Positions 21,890 through 31,505 of a stretch of DNA of 32,000 nucleotides are shown piece after piece. This stretch comes from Dickeya solani IPO 2222 (lineage in GTDB: Bacteria > Pseudomonadota > Gammaproteobacteria > Enterobacterales > Enterobacteriaceae). The stretch lies in contig NZ_CP015137.1 of assembly GCF_001644705.1 (NCBI RefSeq), positions 1,410,001-1,442,000 on the forward strand, read 5' to 3'. The notes beneath the pieces were generated by a model. It was not told the DNA's origin, did not search any database, and worked only from the letters and a program-made list of their open reading frames with translations. The translations under genes and the position numbers were made by a program. How positions within the stretch are numbered: the first letter of the stretch is position 1; every line of letters starts with the position of its first letter.

Positions 21890-21920
21890 GAAAAAAGCGA
21901 CCACGGCAGTGGAAGTCGCT
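21890..21920 (-). terminator. weak/partial terminator between hfq and hflX
   Basis: The minus strand reads AGCGAC-13 nt-GTCGCT followed by TTTTT. An alternative 7-bp stem CCACGGC/GCCGTGG is possible. It overlaps the hflX SD region, consistent with read-through operon architecture. Confidence 0.45.
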
Positions 21921-21963
21921 GGAATCAGCGCTTTTCCCGCCGTGGTAAACTGGTAAAGACGCG

Positions 21964-22263
21964 TTATTCAGCGTCATCACTTTCCTGCTGCGGCTGTTGC
22001 TGCGCAGACTGGTTATTAGCATGGTAGTTATTTGGGCCGGGATTATTGCTATGATGCGACACCGGACGAGACGGAACTACCGTAGAAATGGCGTGTTTGT
22101 ACACCATCTGGCTAACCGTGTTTTTCAGCAGAATCACAAACTGATCGAAAGACTCAATCTGACCTTGCAGCTTGATGCCATTAACCAAATAAATCGAAAC
22201 CGGAACACGTTCACGACGCAAAGCGTTCAAGAACGGATCTTGCAAAGATTGCCCCTTAGCCAT
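21964..22263 (-). CDS. hfq: RNA chaperone Hfq
   Basis: [68 protein letters not shown] is identical to the E. coli Sm core. The C-terminal tail (99 aa total) is lineage-specific. Confidence 0.98.
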   Translation of the reverse strand: MAKGQSLQDPFLNALRRERVPVSIYLVNGIKLQGQIESFDQFVILLKNTVSQMVYKHAISTVVPSRPVSHHSNNPGPNNYHANNQSAQQQPQQESDDAE

Positions 22264-22390
22264 TCTATATTTTCCTTATTTGCTTGTTATTTGTAACAAA
22301 GAACCCTGCGGCCCTAAAATAACGTTATAAAAATTTTGTGCCGAGAATCAGTCAATTGTAGACACAGGTAATTGTACACAATCGTCTAAC

Positions 22391-23332
22391 CTATGCACTA
22401 ACAACCTGAATCACCTTGCGTAACGCCTCCCCGGGCTGATCGCTGTCAAGCCAGCAGACCTCTTCCCAGCCACGCAACCAAGTCATCTGGCGCTTCGCCA
22501 GCTGCCGGGTGGCGCAGATGCCACGATACACCATCTCATCGTAATCGATCTCGCCCGACAAATATGACCACATCTGGCGATATCCCACACAACGGATTGA
22601 CGGCAACGCAGGATCCAAATCCGCCCGGGCGAACAGCGCCCGAGCCTCTGTTTCAAAGCCTGATTCCAACATCTGTCGGAAACGCAGCGCTATCCGCTCA
22701 TGCAACAACTCGCGCGTTGCCGGAGCAATCGCAAACTGATGAACACGATAGGGCAACGCTTCACCGGATGTCTTTGTCAACTCGGTTAAAGTGTTACCTG
22801 AAACGAAAAAAACTTCCAGTGCCCGAGACAGTCTCTGCGGATCATTTGGATGAATCCGAGCCGCCGACACCGGATCGATGACACTCAACTGACGATGCAA
22901 CGCTTCCCATCCCTCGGTCCGCGCGCGTTCTTCGATTTCTCGTCGTACCTGCGCATCCGCCGACGGCAACGGCGACAACCCTTCCAGTAGCGCTTTGAAA
23001 TACAACATGGTGCCACCTACCAGCAGCGGAATCCGCCCGGCAGCGGTGATCTCCGCCATCGCCTGCAACGCATCGCGCCGAAAATCCGCGGCGGAATAGG
23101 CCTCGGCCGGATCAAGAATATCAAGCAGGCGATGCGGAGCTCGCGCCAGCTCTTCCGGGCCAGGCTTGGCTGTGCCGATATCCATACCGCGATAAATCAA
23201 CGCCGAATCCACGCTAATCAACTCAACGGGAAAGCACTCGCGCAATGCCATCGCCAGCGCGGTTTTTCCGGATGCCGTCGGCCCCATGATAAAAATGGCT
23301 GGCGGATGCTGCGCCGTTTCAAACTCATTCAT
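22391..23332 (-). CDS. miaA: tRNA dimethylallyltransferase
   Basis: 313 aa with the P-loop [32 protein letters not shown] and [14 protein letters not shown] match E. coli MiaA. The start overlaps the mutL 3' end by 8 nt. Confidence 0.96.
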   Translation of the reverse strand: MNEFETAQHPPAIFIMGPTASGKTALAMALRECFPVELISVDSALIYRGMDIGTAKPGPEELARAPHRLLDILDPAEAYSAADFRRDALQAMAEITAAGRIPLLVGGTMLYFKALLEGLSPLPSADAQVRREIEERARTEGWEALHRQLSVIDPVSAARIHPNDPQRLSRALEVFFVSGNTLTELTKTSGEALPYRVHQFAIAPATRELLHERIALRFRQMLESGFETEARALFARADLDPALPSIRCVGYRQMWSYLSGEIDYDEMVYRGICATRQLAKRQMTWLRGWEEVCWLDSDQPGEALRKVIQVVSA

Positions 23333-25259
23333 GCTTCAACGCCCTGATGGCGGATTCAATATCCATCACATATAACAATTCTGACGGCGGCGTTTTCACC
23401 TGCAAAGGACACAAACGCTCTACGTCGGACAGCAACTGTACAGCCTGAGCGAGCGTCCAGTTTTCACGCTCGCTGCCGAGCCGCCCGGCTATCCACGCCG
23501 CCACCGCATCAGGCTTCGCGTCATGAGAATCAGCGAGATAGCCTAGCAGGTCAGAAATCAAGTTTTGTAAATTTTGTTGTCTCAATGGTAAAGGTACCGC
23601 CCGCAGCATAGCGCGCGGCGGCGCCAGTTCTACCTCAATTCCCATGCGGGCCAACAGCGGCTGTTGCTGCTGCATGACCGCCAGCTCGGACGGGTTCAGC
23701 GTCAACCGCTGCGGAATCAGCAACGGCTGCGGCCGTAATCCCTCACTGGCCTCCAACGGCGTCAACTGCGCCTGCCGGAGGTAACGCTCCGCCACGGTCA
23801 GCGACAACAACGCCAGACCTTGCTGATATTCCACCAGCGCATAGCTGGGCGGATACACCGTCAACACACGCCCCAGACCCAGCACATGGCTTTCCAGCGG
23901 TGCTTCGCCGACTACCACCGCCTTTTCCGTTACATCGCGCCGCGCCGCGGGAGCCTCCTTCACTGGCGGCATCTCTCGGGCGGTCGTTTGCTGCCGTGAT
24001 GACTCAGCATGCAGCAACTGCTGGTACAGCTCGCCCTGTTTCTTTTGATAGCCAGCGGTCTCGGTTCGGGCAGGCTGGCGCTCACGGGCAGGGTGACTCT
24101 CCACGTGGCGCCCAGCGCTCCCCGACGATGTTGATCTTGGCGTCTCCGGCGTTGGCTCTGCCGGCCGGGCAAACTGGTTTTCACCTGCGGCAATCCGATT
24201 TTCAGGCTGCCATGTCACAGTTGGCGTCTGCGTATCGCCGACGCCGCTCAGCACCGGCGACGCCGCCTGCTGCAATACCGTCACCACCGCCTGATAGATA
24301 AAGTCATGTACCAGCCGGGCCTGATGGAAGCGAACCTCATGCTTGGCCGGGTGCACATTAACATCCACCTGATGGGGATCGACCTCCAGATACAGCACAT
24401 AAGCCGGCTGCTGTTCATCGCGCAGCTGATCCTGATACGCCTGACGAATCGCATGATTGATCAAACGGTCACGCATCATGCGCTGATTGACGTAGCAATA
24501 CTGCATTTCCGGCAACTGACGCGACCCAGCCGGATCCGCCACCCAACCGTGAATTTTCAGATCACCATGCTGCCAGGAAACCGCCAGCGCATGCTGCAGA
24601 AACGCCGCGCCACAAATGCTGCCAAGCCGCCTCTCGCGCTGGGCGGGATCCGACACGGCGCGATATTGCCGGATCAACTTACCGTTGTGATGCAGCGTGA
24701 TCGCCACATCGAAGCGCGCCAGCGCGATGCGCCGCACGACTTCATCGATGTGCATGAATTCCGTTTTTTCGGTACGCATAAACTTGCGCCTGGCCGGGGT
24801 GTTGTAAAACAGATCCAGCACTTCCAGCGTAGTGCCAACCGGGTGCGCCGCCGGTTTGACGGTCACCGCCATCTCTCGCCCCTCGGCGTAGGCCTGCCAC
24901 GCTTCTGCTTGCGCGTCGGTACGAGAGGTCAGCGTCAGGCGGGAGACCGAACTGATACTGGCCAACGCTTCGCCGCGAAACCCCAGACTGACGATCGCTT
25001 CCAGATCGTCAAGCGTGGCGATCTTGCTGGTGGCGTGACGGGCCAGCGCCAGCGCCAGATCCGCTTTACCGATACCGCAGCCGTTATCCCGAATGCGAAT
25101 CAGCTTCGCGCCGCCGCGTTCGATTTCGATATCGATCCGCGTCGCACCGGCATCCAGGCTGTTTTCCACCAGTTCCTTGACCACGGAAGCGGGCCGCTCC
25201 ACCACCTCGCCGGCAGCGATCTGGTTCGCCAACTGGGGCGGCAGCACCTGAATCGGCAT
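23325..25259 (-). CDS. mutL: DNA mismatch repair endonuclease-activating protein MutL
   Basis: [50 protein letters not shown] is the GHKL ATPase N-domain. ATG at 25259 with SD GAGGAGAG. The ORF-track start at 25277 is 6 codons upstream. A long Pro/Ala/Arg-rich linker precedes the C-terminal dimerisation domain. Confidence 0.96.
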   Translation of the reverse strand: MPIQVLPPQLANQIAAGEVVERPASVVKELVENSLDAGATRIDIEIERGGAKLIRIRDNGCGIGKADLALALARHATSKIATLDDLEAIVSLGFRGEALASISSVSRLTLTSRTDAQAEAWQAYAEGREMAVTVKPAAHPVGTTLEVLDLFYNTPARRKFMRTEKTEFMHIDEVVRRIALARFDVAITLHHNGKLIRQYRAVSDPAQRERRLGSICGAAFLQHALAVSWQHGDLKIHGWVADPAGSRQLPEMQYCYVNQRMMRDRLINHAIRQAYQDQLRDEQQPAYVLYLEVDPHQVDVNVHPAKHEVRFHQARLVHDFIYQAVVTVLQQAASPVLSGVGDTQTPTVTWQPENRIAAGENQFARPAEPTPETPRSTSSGSAGRHVESHPARERQPARTETAGYQKKQGELYQQLLHAESSRQQTTAREMPPVKEAPAARRDVTEKAVVVGEAPLESHVLGLGRVLTVYPPSYALVEYQQGLALLSLTVAERYLRQAQLTPLEASEGLRPQPLLIPQRLTLNPSELAVMQQQQPLLARMGIEVELAPPRAMLRAVPLPLRQQNLQNLISDLLGYLADSHDAKPDAVAAWIAGRLGSERENWTLAQAVQLLSDVERLCPLQVKTPPSELLYVMDIESAIRALKHE

Positions 25260-25286
25260 GGACTCTCCTCGTTTCACCCACCCGGA

Positions 25287-26981
25287 TCAGGCAGAAGGGA
25301 TTATCAGTGTCTGCCCCAACTGCACGGTTCCGGAAGACATGTTGTTCGCCTGCTGGATCGCTTTCATGCTCACGCCATACCGGCTGGCGATGGCACTCAG
25401 CGTATCGCCCCGCGCCACTTTGTGTTTTATCACGGTTGCGCTTTTCTTCACGCCCGAAGATGGCGCGGCCGCAACGGGTTGACTCTTCGTTGCCGAATTC
25501 GTCGCCGAAGCCGTCTTGACCACCGATGAGGCGCCAGACGGGATCCTCAGACGTTGCCCTACCCAGACCACATCTTTTTTCAGGCGGTTTGCTTCACGAA
25601 TGGCGCCCATGCTGACGCCATAACGCGCGGCGATCCCCGATAATGTTTCTCCGGTCGCGACAGTATGACGTACCGTTGCCCCGGTTGCGATTTGAGCGGG
25701 CTCAGTGGCTGCTGCGTTTTTCACCGTCTGCGCGCCGAGCGGACGGTTTTCCTGCTTTGGGATATTTTGTAACGGATGAGTCTGGAAATAGCTGCGCAAC
25801 CCCTGATAGATGGCGTTGGCAATCTTTTCCTGATACTCGTTGCTGCCCAGCAGCCGCTCCTCGCTCGGATTAGAAATGAACCCGGTTTCCACCAGCAAAG
25901 ACGGGATATCCGGTGAACGCAATACGCCCAAACTGGCGTGTTCCGGTCGGCGCTTATGCAGACTACCGACACGCTGCAGTTCGCGCAGCACTTTCACCGC
26001 CACATCATACCCCACCCGCTGTGAATGCCCGAATTGCAGATCCAGCACCGCCTGACTCAGGTACGGATCGGCCGCGCTGTTGGCCAGCAGGTCGCCCGCG
26101 CCTCCCAGCAATTCGGACTGTTTTTCATGCTGTTCCAGCCAGTTGGCCATTTCACTATTGGCGCGCCGGTTGGACAGTACCCATACTGATGCGCCGGTCG
26201 CGCCGCGGTTGGGCGCCGCGTCCGCATGAATGGATACCAGCAGGTTGGCGCCCTGCTTGCGCGCCACGTCTGAACGCCCCATCACCGAAATAAAGTAGTC
26301 GCCGTCGCGGGTCAGCACCGGTTTGAACGCCGGATCGGCGCTCATGATGGCGCGCAGTTTACGGGCTATCGAGATGGTGACATTTTTTTCATGTAACCCG
26401 CCCGGTCCGGTGGCGCCAGGGTCCTCACCACCGTGACCGGCGTCAATCGCTACAATGATTTTCTCACCGCTGCCCGCCCGCCCCGATACACGGGTTGGCG
26501 CAGCCGCTACCGCCGCTGCCGATGTCTCGGGAACGAGAGGGTTGCGCCCGGCCTGCACCGACGGTTGCACAGGCTGGGCCACAGGTTTGCGGACCGTCGT
26601 TTTGCGTTCGCCAGTCAGAGTAAAGACGGTGTTATTGCCTTCCTTCACGGCCCGAACCTGAACCTTTTGGGTCAGGTCCAGCACCAGACGCAGGCTTTTC
26701 GGGTCTTTGGCGTTACTGGTGCGAATGCGGGAAATCAGATTTTGGCCGTTAAACGCGAGCGGCAACCCTTTCATCACGCCGGACTGGCTGATATCGATAA
26801 CCACCCGGTTTGGATTGTTCAGCGGAAAGTATTCATACACCGGCTGACCGCTAAAACTCAGCGTAACGACCGCCTCGCTGGCGGCGTTATTCACCCGGAT
26901 ATCGGTCAGGCTGCTCGCCCACAGCGGCCACGACAACATCAGCACCAGCCCCAGCAGGGCCTTCATCAACCGCACAGTCAT
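25287..26981 (-). CDS. amiB: N-acetylmuramoyl-L-alanine amidase AmiB with two C-terminal LysM repeats
   Basis: The signal peptide [22 protein letters not shown] is followed by an AMIN-like region. The Amidase_3 core ([27 protein letters not shown]) is colinear with E. coli AmiB. It is followed by 2 LysM-like repeats ([19 protein letters not shown].., [19 protein letters not shown]..). I chose the start at the ATG at 26981, which overlaps the tsaE TGA (ATGA). Met at 26966 is an alternative. The ORF-track start at 27137 is rejected. Confidence 0.9.
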   Translation of the reverse strand: MTVRLMKALLGLVLMLSWPLWASSLTDIRVNNAASEAVVTLSFSGQPVYEYFPLNNPNRVVIDISQSGVMKGLPLAFNGQNLISRIRTSNAKDPKSLRLVLDLTQKVQVRAVKEGNNTVFTLTGERKTTVRKPVAQPVQPSVQAGRNPLVPETSAAAVAAAPTRVSGRAGSGEKIIVAIDAGHGGEDPGATGPGGLHEKNVTISIARKLRAIMSADPAFKPVLTRDGDYFISVMGRSDVARKQGANLLVSIHADAAPNRGATGASVWVLSNRRANSEMANWLEQHEKQSELLGGAGDLLANSAADPYLSQAVLDLQFGHSQRVGYDVAVKVLRELQRVGSLHKRRPEHASLGVLRSPDIPSLLVETGFISNPSEERLLGSNEYQEKIANAIYQGLRSYFQTHPLQNIPKQENRPLGAQTVKNAAATEPAQIATGATVRHTVATGETLSGIAARYGVSMGAIREANRLKKDVVWVGQRLRIPSGASSVVKTASATNSATKSQPVAAAPSSGVKKSATVIKHKVARGDTLSAIASRYGVSMKAIQQANNMSSGTVQLGQTLIIPSA

Positions 26982-27460
26982 GGCGCGTCTTGCTCCGGCC
27001 AGGCGGCCAGCGCCGCCACGATCTGCTCGCCCTGCGGCGTGCGGGCATTTATCTCCGCTTGTCGGCCCGCCCCCTGATAGCCAAGATGCAATTCGACATC
27101 GGCTTCCGGCAAGAAGCCTACACCTTGTTGCGGCCACTCAATCAGGCAAAGGGCATCCTGCGACAAATAGTCACGAATGCCCATGAACTCCAGTTCTTCA
27201 GGGTCCGCCAGTCGATAAAGGTCGAAGTGATACACGGGGCGCGGCAGCAGCGCATATGGCTCTACCAGCGTATAGGTCGGGCTTTTCACATTGCCCTGAT
27301 GACCCAACGCCTGTAGGAATCCGCGGCTCAGTGTGGTTTTACCCGCTCCCAGATCGCCCAGCAGATAAATAATGGTGGCGCGCTTGCAGGCTCGGGCTAA
27401 CACCGCTCCCAGCGCAATCGTGGCTGCCTCGTCCGGCAAAGGTAACAAAAGCGTCTTCAT
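26978..27460 (-). CDS. tsaE: tRNA t6A37 biosynthesis ATPase TsaE
   Basis: 160 aa. [35 protein letters not shown] and [22 protein letters not shown] are near-identical to E. coli YjeE/TsaE. The start overlaps the nnr stop (ATGA). Confidence 0.93.
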   Translation of the reverse strand: MKTLLLPLPDEAATIALGAVLARACKRATIIYLLGDLGAGKTTLSRGFLQALGHQGNVKSPTYTLVEPYALLPRPVYHFDLYRLADPEELEFMGIRDYLSQDALCLIEWPQQGVGFLPEADVELHLGYQGAGRQAEINARTPQGEQIVAALAAWPEQDAP

Positions 27461-28998
27461 TCTGTATTTTCTAAGGATATCCGCTCAGGATTTACATACT
27501 GCGGCAATACCGCCATCAAATCGGTTGCCAACATCCCGCGTGTGCCCTGCCGCTGCGCCAGCCAGTCTGCTGACGCTCCGTGGGCCACACAACCGGCGCA
27601 GGCGGCGTCGTACAACGACAGCCCTTGCGCCAGCATCGCCCCAATCATGCCCGCCAGCACGTCCCCCATACCGCCGGTCGCCATGCCGGGATTCCCCACA
27701 TCGGCGATCGCCAATTCGCCCTGCTCGCCAGCCAGTACCGTACCGGCACCTTTTAGCAGTACCACGCCGCCATAGCGTTTCACCAGGCGTTGTGCAGCAA
27801 GTAAGCGATCACTTTCAATATCAGCAATCCGACAGTTCAACAGACGGGCGGCTTCGCCGGGATGAGGCGTCAAAACGCGATTCTGACGTTTATGCGGGCT
27901 GATTGCCAGCAGGTTGAGCGCATCGGCATCCCATAACATGGATTTGTTACAATTTTCTGCGATTCGCAGTGCATTTTTTCCCCATTCACGCTGCCCCAGC
28001 CCCGGGCCGATCACCACCACATCCGCCCATTCAACGCCGGCTTTGACCGAATCGGTTGTCAGTTCCTGCGCCATCAGTTCCGGACGTGCCACCAGCAAGG
28101 CGGCAAGATAGCTTTTGTGAGTAAGCACTCGCACCAATCCTGCGCCACTGCGTAACGCAGCCTCTCCGGCCATGAAAACCGCACCACCGGTACCCTCGTC
28201 GCCGCCGATAATCAACAAACGGCCGTGCTCGCCTTTATGCGCGCCCGGACGCCGCGGTTTCAGCCATTGCGTCAGCGACGCTGCGGTCAAACGCGCGATC
28301 GGCGCCGATTGTTGCGCCAGCCAGTCGCCTAGCCCCAAATCATGGTGATGAAGCTGCCCGACGACATCCCGTGCCTGACCGGTCAATAAACCAGGCTTCA
28401 GCACAATAAACGTCACCGTGTGGGCGGCGTGAATCGCTGCCCCGGCACTGACGCCGGTTTGTGCATTCAATCCGGAAGGAATATCCAGCGCGACGATCGG
28501 CGCCGGATGATGGTTGGCCTGAGCGATCAGGGCGTCATAAGGCGCGCAGGGAGCGGACGTCAGCCCGGTTCCCAGCAGGCCGTCAATAATCAGGTCAATA
28601 TCGTCAGGCCACGGCGCATCACCATACTGCTCGCGGCCCCCGGCATCGAACCATTCCTGACGCGCCAGATGCGCTTCTGCCGGCAAAGGCCGGTCGCCGA
28701 TCCCCGCAATCACCGTTACCGCAATCCCCGCGGCGCGTGCCAATGCGGCAACCACGTACCCGTCGCCGCCGTTGTTGCCATGCCCGCACAGAATCAGCCA
28801 GTGCCGGGCGGTGGGATACAGCTGCTGCGCGATACGAAAGGCGACATCGCCCGCACGTTGCATAAGCGTATTTAATGAAACGCCGACATAGTCCGCCGCA
28901 TGAGGCTCCTCACGGCGCAGCCAGTCGGGTAAAAAAACAGTATGAGGCAGGTCGGGCAATGATCCGCCGGGCTGATACACGCGATGGTCTTGGTGCAT
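27457..28998 (-). CDS. nnr: bifunctional NAD(P)H-hydrate repair enzyme (epimerase/dehydratase)
   Basis: 513 aa. [14 protein letters not shown] (YjeF-N) and [13 protein letters not shown]..GDVLAG (carbohydrate-kinase-like C-domain) are colinear with E. coli YjeF. SD GGAGGG lies 5 nt before the ATG at 28998. Confidence 0.93.
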   Translation of the reverse strand: MHQDHRVYQPGGSLPDLPHTVFLPDWLRREEPHAADYVGVSLNTLMQRAGDVAFRIAQQLYPTARHWLILCGHGNNGGDGYVVAALARAAGIAVTVIAGIGDRPLPAEAHLARQEWFDAGGREQYGDAPWPDDIDLIIDGLLGTGLTSAPCAPYDALIAQANHHPAPIVALDIPSGLNAQTGVSAGAAIHAAHTVTFIVLKPGLLTGQARDVVGQLHHHDLGLGDWLAQQSAPIARLTAASLTQWLKPRRPGAHKGEHGRLLIIGGDEGTGGAVFMAGEAALRSGAGLVRVLTHKSYLAALLVARPELMAQELTTDSVKAGVEWADVVVIGPGLGQREWGKNALRIAENCNKSMLWDADALNLLAISPHKRQNRVLTPHPGEAARLLNCRIADIESDRLLAAQRLVKRYGGVVLLKGAGTVLAGEQGELAIADVGNPGMATGGMGDVLAGMIGAMLAQGLSLYDAACAGCVAHGASADWLAQRQGTRGMLATDLMAVLPQYVNPERISLENTE

Positions 28999-29104
28999 GT
29001 CATCCCTCCGTCGGTAGCAGGATTGTGCGCCTCAACTTAGCAAGGTCTGCCGGGAAGCGCCATGCGGATACACGGAAAAAGATAACGGATACGCTGAATT
29101 CAAT

Positions 29105-29734
29105 TCAGCGCAGCGACCCTTCCAGCACATCGACAAACCGCCTTAATGCTTTTATATGCGTCTGCACGGTTTGTTCATCGTAGCTCATCAGCAACGTGTC
29201 ACGTACATCGCTAATCAATGTCGCCGACGAAGACAGATCAGCAGAGGCAAAACGATGGGTTATCTGGTCGCCGGCAATCGACTGGAACAATTTTTCGGCA
29301 TTTGCCTGATATTCACGCATCCATTCGGGGTGCTGGGGAAACTGTTTCACAAAATCGAGATAAGGCGTAAACCAGTCGCCACCGCTTTCCAGTGCGCCCA
29401 GATATGCCTGATAGCGGCCAGGATCTTTTTCCTTCATCAGTTCGGCGACATCCACTTTATAGTCGTTCGTGCCGGGAACCCGCTCAGGCAGAGTAAAATA
29501 AGAGACGCTGCCGCTGTCATCGACCTGACGCGTTTTCACTATCGATGCCAGCAGATTCATGCTTTCCATCGTCTGTTTCTCCGAGGGCGCCACATATATC
29601 ATGGTCGCCTCCTGCGGCTGATTAGGGTCAATAGGCAAATTCAGATCCTGATTCACCCACCGGTAAGCCGAAAGCGGTATTGTTTCCACTTCATCTCCTC
29701 CCAGAGCCATGACGAACATTGTCGATTCGCTCAA
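29105..29734 (-). CDS. hypothetical cytoplasmic acidic protein, no family recognised (orphan between nnr and queG)
   Basis: This 209-aa ORF is the only long frame here that is not antisense to a known gene. It has no signal peptide or TM segment. The ORF-track start is TTG at 29734, with AGGGTG 8 nt upstream. Alternative ATGs at 29719 and 29710 lack an SD. Four 60-nt lines I counted give 47-57 % G+C, against 60-62 % for counted lines of nnr and queG. Confidence 0.6.
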   Translation of the reverse strand: MSESTMFVMALGGDEVETIPLSAYRWVNQDLNLPIDPNQPQEATMIYVAPSEKQTMESMNLLASIVKTRQVDDSGSVSYFTLPERVPGTNDYKVDVAELMKEKDPGRYQAYLGALESGGDWFTPYLDFVKQFPQHPEWMREYQANAEKLFQSIAGDQITHRFASADLSSSATLISDVRDTLLMSYDEQTVQTHIKALRRFVDVLEGSLR

Positions 29735-29751
29735 GTTATCGACACCCTGTG

Positions 29752-29771
29752 CATAAATATTAATATTTATG
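29752..29771. promoter_or_regulatory. perfect 20-bp AT-rich palindrome in the orphan-ORF/queG divergent control region (candidate operator)
   Basis: CATAAATATT|AATATTTATG is an exact reverse-complement half-site pair, 18-37 nt upstream of the orphan ORF TTG. It contains TATTAAT, a -10-like sequence, on both strands. Confidence 0.4.
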
Positions 29772-29868
29772 TCTATTTATTACGCCTCACCCAATCACCG
29801 ACTCGCCACGAACGGCACCGAGACAATGTGATAAAATCAGACGTCCGGTTTCTTCTCGATGGTTACGC

Positions 29869-31008
29869 ATGACATACCCCTACGATCTCAACGAACTCGC
29901 ACAGCTCATCAAACAATGGGGGCTTGAATTGGGTTTCCAGCAAGTGGGGATTTGCGACACCGATTTGTCTCATGAAGAACCTCGGCTTCAGGCATGGCTC
30001 GACAAGCAGTATCACGGCGAAATGGAATGGATGGTGCGCCACGGCATGATGCGGGCCCGCCCGCATGAGCTTCTGCCCGGAACATTGCGCGTCATCAGCG
30101 TGCGCATGAATTATTTACCGGCCAAAGCTGCGTTTGCCAGTACGCTAAAAAGCCCGTACCTCGGGTACGTCAGCCGCTACGCGCTGGGGCGCGACTATCA
30201 TAAGTTGCTGCGTCGACGGCTGAAAAAGTTGGGTGACCGAATTCAGGCGCACTGCGGCGAGTTGCAGTTTCGTCCCTTTGTCGATTCCGCACCGATCATG
30301 GAACGGCCACTGGCCGCCAAAGCCGGGCTTGGGTGGGTTGGCAAGCACTCACTGGTGTTGAACCGGGAAGCGGGTTCCTGGTTCTTTCTGGGGGAACTGC
30401 TGATTGACCTGCCCTTACCGGTAGACCAGCCGGTTGAAGAGCAGTGTGGTAAATGCGTAGCCTGCATGACTACCTGCCCTACCGGCGCGATTGTCGAGCC
30501 TTATACGATTGATGCCCGCCGTTGTATTTCCTACCTGACCATTGAGCTGGAAGGCCCAATTCCGGAGACTCTGCGTCCTTTAATGGGGAATCGCATCTAC
30601 GGCTGTGACGATTGTCAGTTGATTTGTCCCTGGAATCGCTTCTCGCAACTTACCGATGAACCTGATTTCAGCCCGCGGGCTGCCTTGCATGCACCGGAGT
30701 TACTGGCGCTGTTTAGTTGGGATGAAACCCGTTTTTTGCGGGTAACTGAAGGTTCCGCGATCCGGCGCATCGGCCACGAACGCTGGCTACGCAATATCGC
30801 CGTCGCACTGGGCAACGCGCCCTACGAAGATCGGATCATACTGGCGCTACAGGGTAGGCTGGGGGAAAGTACCTTGCTGGACGAGCATATTCATTGGGCC
30901 ATCGACCAACAGTTAACCCGACGCGGTCAACAATCCATTGACGTTCAGCCGCCGCAAAAGAAACGGTTAATCCGTGCGATAGAGAAAGGTTTGCCGCGAG
31001 ACGCCTGA
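29869..31008 (+). CDS. queG: epoxyqueuosine reductase
   Basis: 379 aa, the same length as E. coli QueG/YjeS. Ferredoxin-type cysteine motifs are CGKCVACMTTCPTGA and CDDCQLICPWN. It also has YHGEMEWM and VSRYALGRDYHK. A possible extended -10 (TGaTAAAAT) lies at 29829-29837. Confidence 0.95.
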   Translation: MTYPYDLNELAQLIKQWGLELGFQQVGICDTDLSHEEPRLQAWLDKQYHGEMEWMVRHGMMRARPHELLPGTLRVISVRMNYLPAKAAFASTLKSPYLGYVSRYALGRDYHKLLRRRLKKLGDRIQAHCGELQFRPFVDSAPIMERPLAAKAGLGWVGKHSLVLNREAGSWFFLGELLIDLPLPVDQPVEEQCGKCVACMTTCPTGAIVEPYTIDARRCISYLTIELEGPIPETLRPLMGNRIYGCDDCQLICPWNRFSQLTDEPDFSPRAALHAPELLALFSWDETRFLRVTEGSAIRRIGHERWLRNIAVALGNAPYEDRIILALQGRLGESTLLDEHIHWAIDQQLTRRGQQSIDVQPPQKKRLIRAIEKGLPRDA

Positions 31009-31050
31009 GATTTTGCGTTGCGATTGTTTGACAATTCTGAACCATCCATC

Positions 31051-31059
31051 TGTGGATAA
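31051..31059 (-). promoter_or_regulatory. DnaA box, perfect consensus TTATCCACA
   Basis: The plus strand reads TGTGGATAA. Confidence 0.7.
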
Positions 31060-31140
31060 TTTTAAAAAAGCGTTGTCAATCAATCATCACAAAAAGTACA
31101 AGTGATCTGGATAGCGTTTTTTATCATAAATTTATCTTTT

Positions 31141-31160
31141 TATTTCAATATCTTGAAATA
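31141..31160. promoter_or_regulatory. AT-rich inverted repeat with IHF-consensus-like core
   Basis: TATTTCAA-tatc-TTGAAATA. TTTCAAtatcTTG (31143-31155) is one mismatch from WATCAANNNNTTR and reads almost the same on both strands. It lies between the two DnaA boxes. Confidence 0.3.
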
Positions 31161-31211
31161 ATATCTTTTTCATGACATTTCCAAACGGACGCACACAACC
31201 GGTTTTCAGGC

Positions 31212-31220
31212 TGTGGATAA
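31212..31220 (-). promoter_or_regulatory. DnaA box, perfect consensus TTATCCACA
   Basis: The plus strand reads TGTGGATAA, in the same orientation as the box 161 bp to the left. Confidence 0.7.
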
Positions 31221-31290
31221 GTCTGTTCAGAAAAGTATGAACACATGCAGGAAAACTGTATAACAATGAAGAGATGAAGAAGCGTAAAAC

Positions 31291-31366
<76 letters not shown>

Positions 31367-31380
31367 ACACGCAACGCTTA

Positions 31381-31409
31381 AGTATCGACGCTTTTCCGCC
31401 AAACGCAAA
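31381..31409 (-). promoter_or_regulatory. candidate sigma70 promoter for tRNA-Gly
   Basis: The minus strand reads TTGCGT-16 nt-GATACT followed by a GC-containing discriminator (aagcgttgcg), which would give a leader of about 8 nt before tRNA position +1. A perfect IHF consensus AATCAATAAGTTA lies upstream on the minus strand (31452-31464). Confidence 0.3.
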
Positions 31410-31505
31410 CTGACGTGATCACATTTTGCGCTACCTCTATGGCGCCACAGCTAACTTATTGATTTTACTGTGTTTTGAAAGCTGTACCGCAAAGAGGGCA
31501 GTATT

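Larger units (their letters stand above)
31040..31225. other. datA: datA-like DnaA-binding locus (DnaA-box cluster plus IHF-like site)
   Basis: Two perfect consensus DnaA boxes, one 7/9 box (TCTGGATAG, 31106-31114) and a central AT-rich IHF-like inverted repeat lie in the queG/tRNA-Gly spacer. E. coli datA maps to the same position. Confidence 0.6.
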
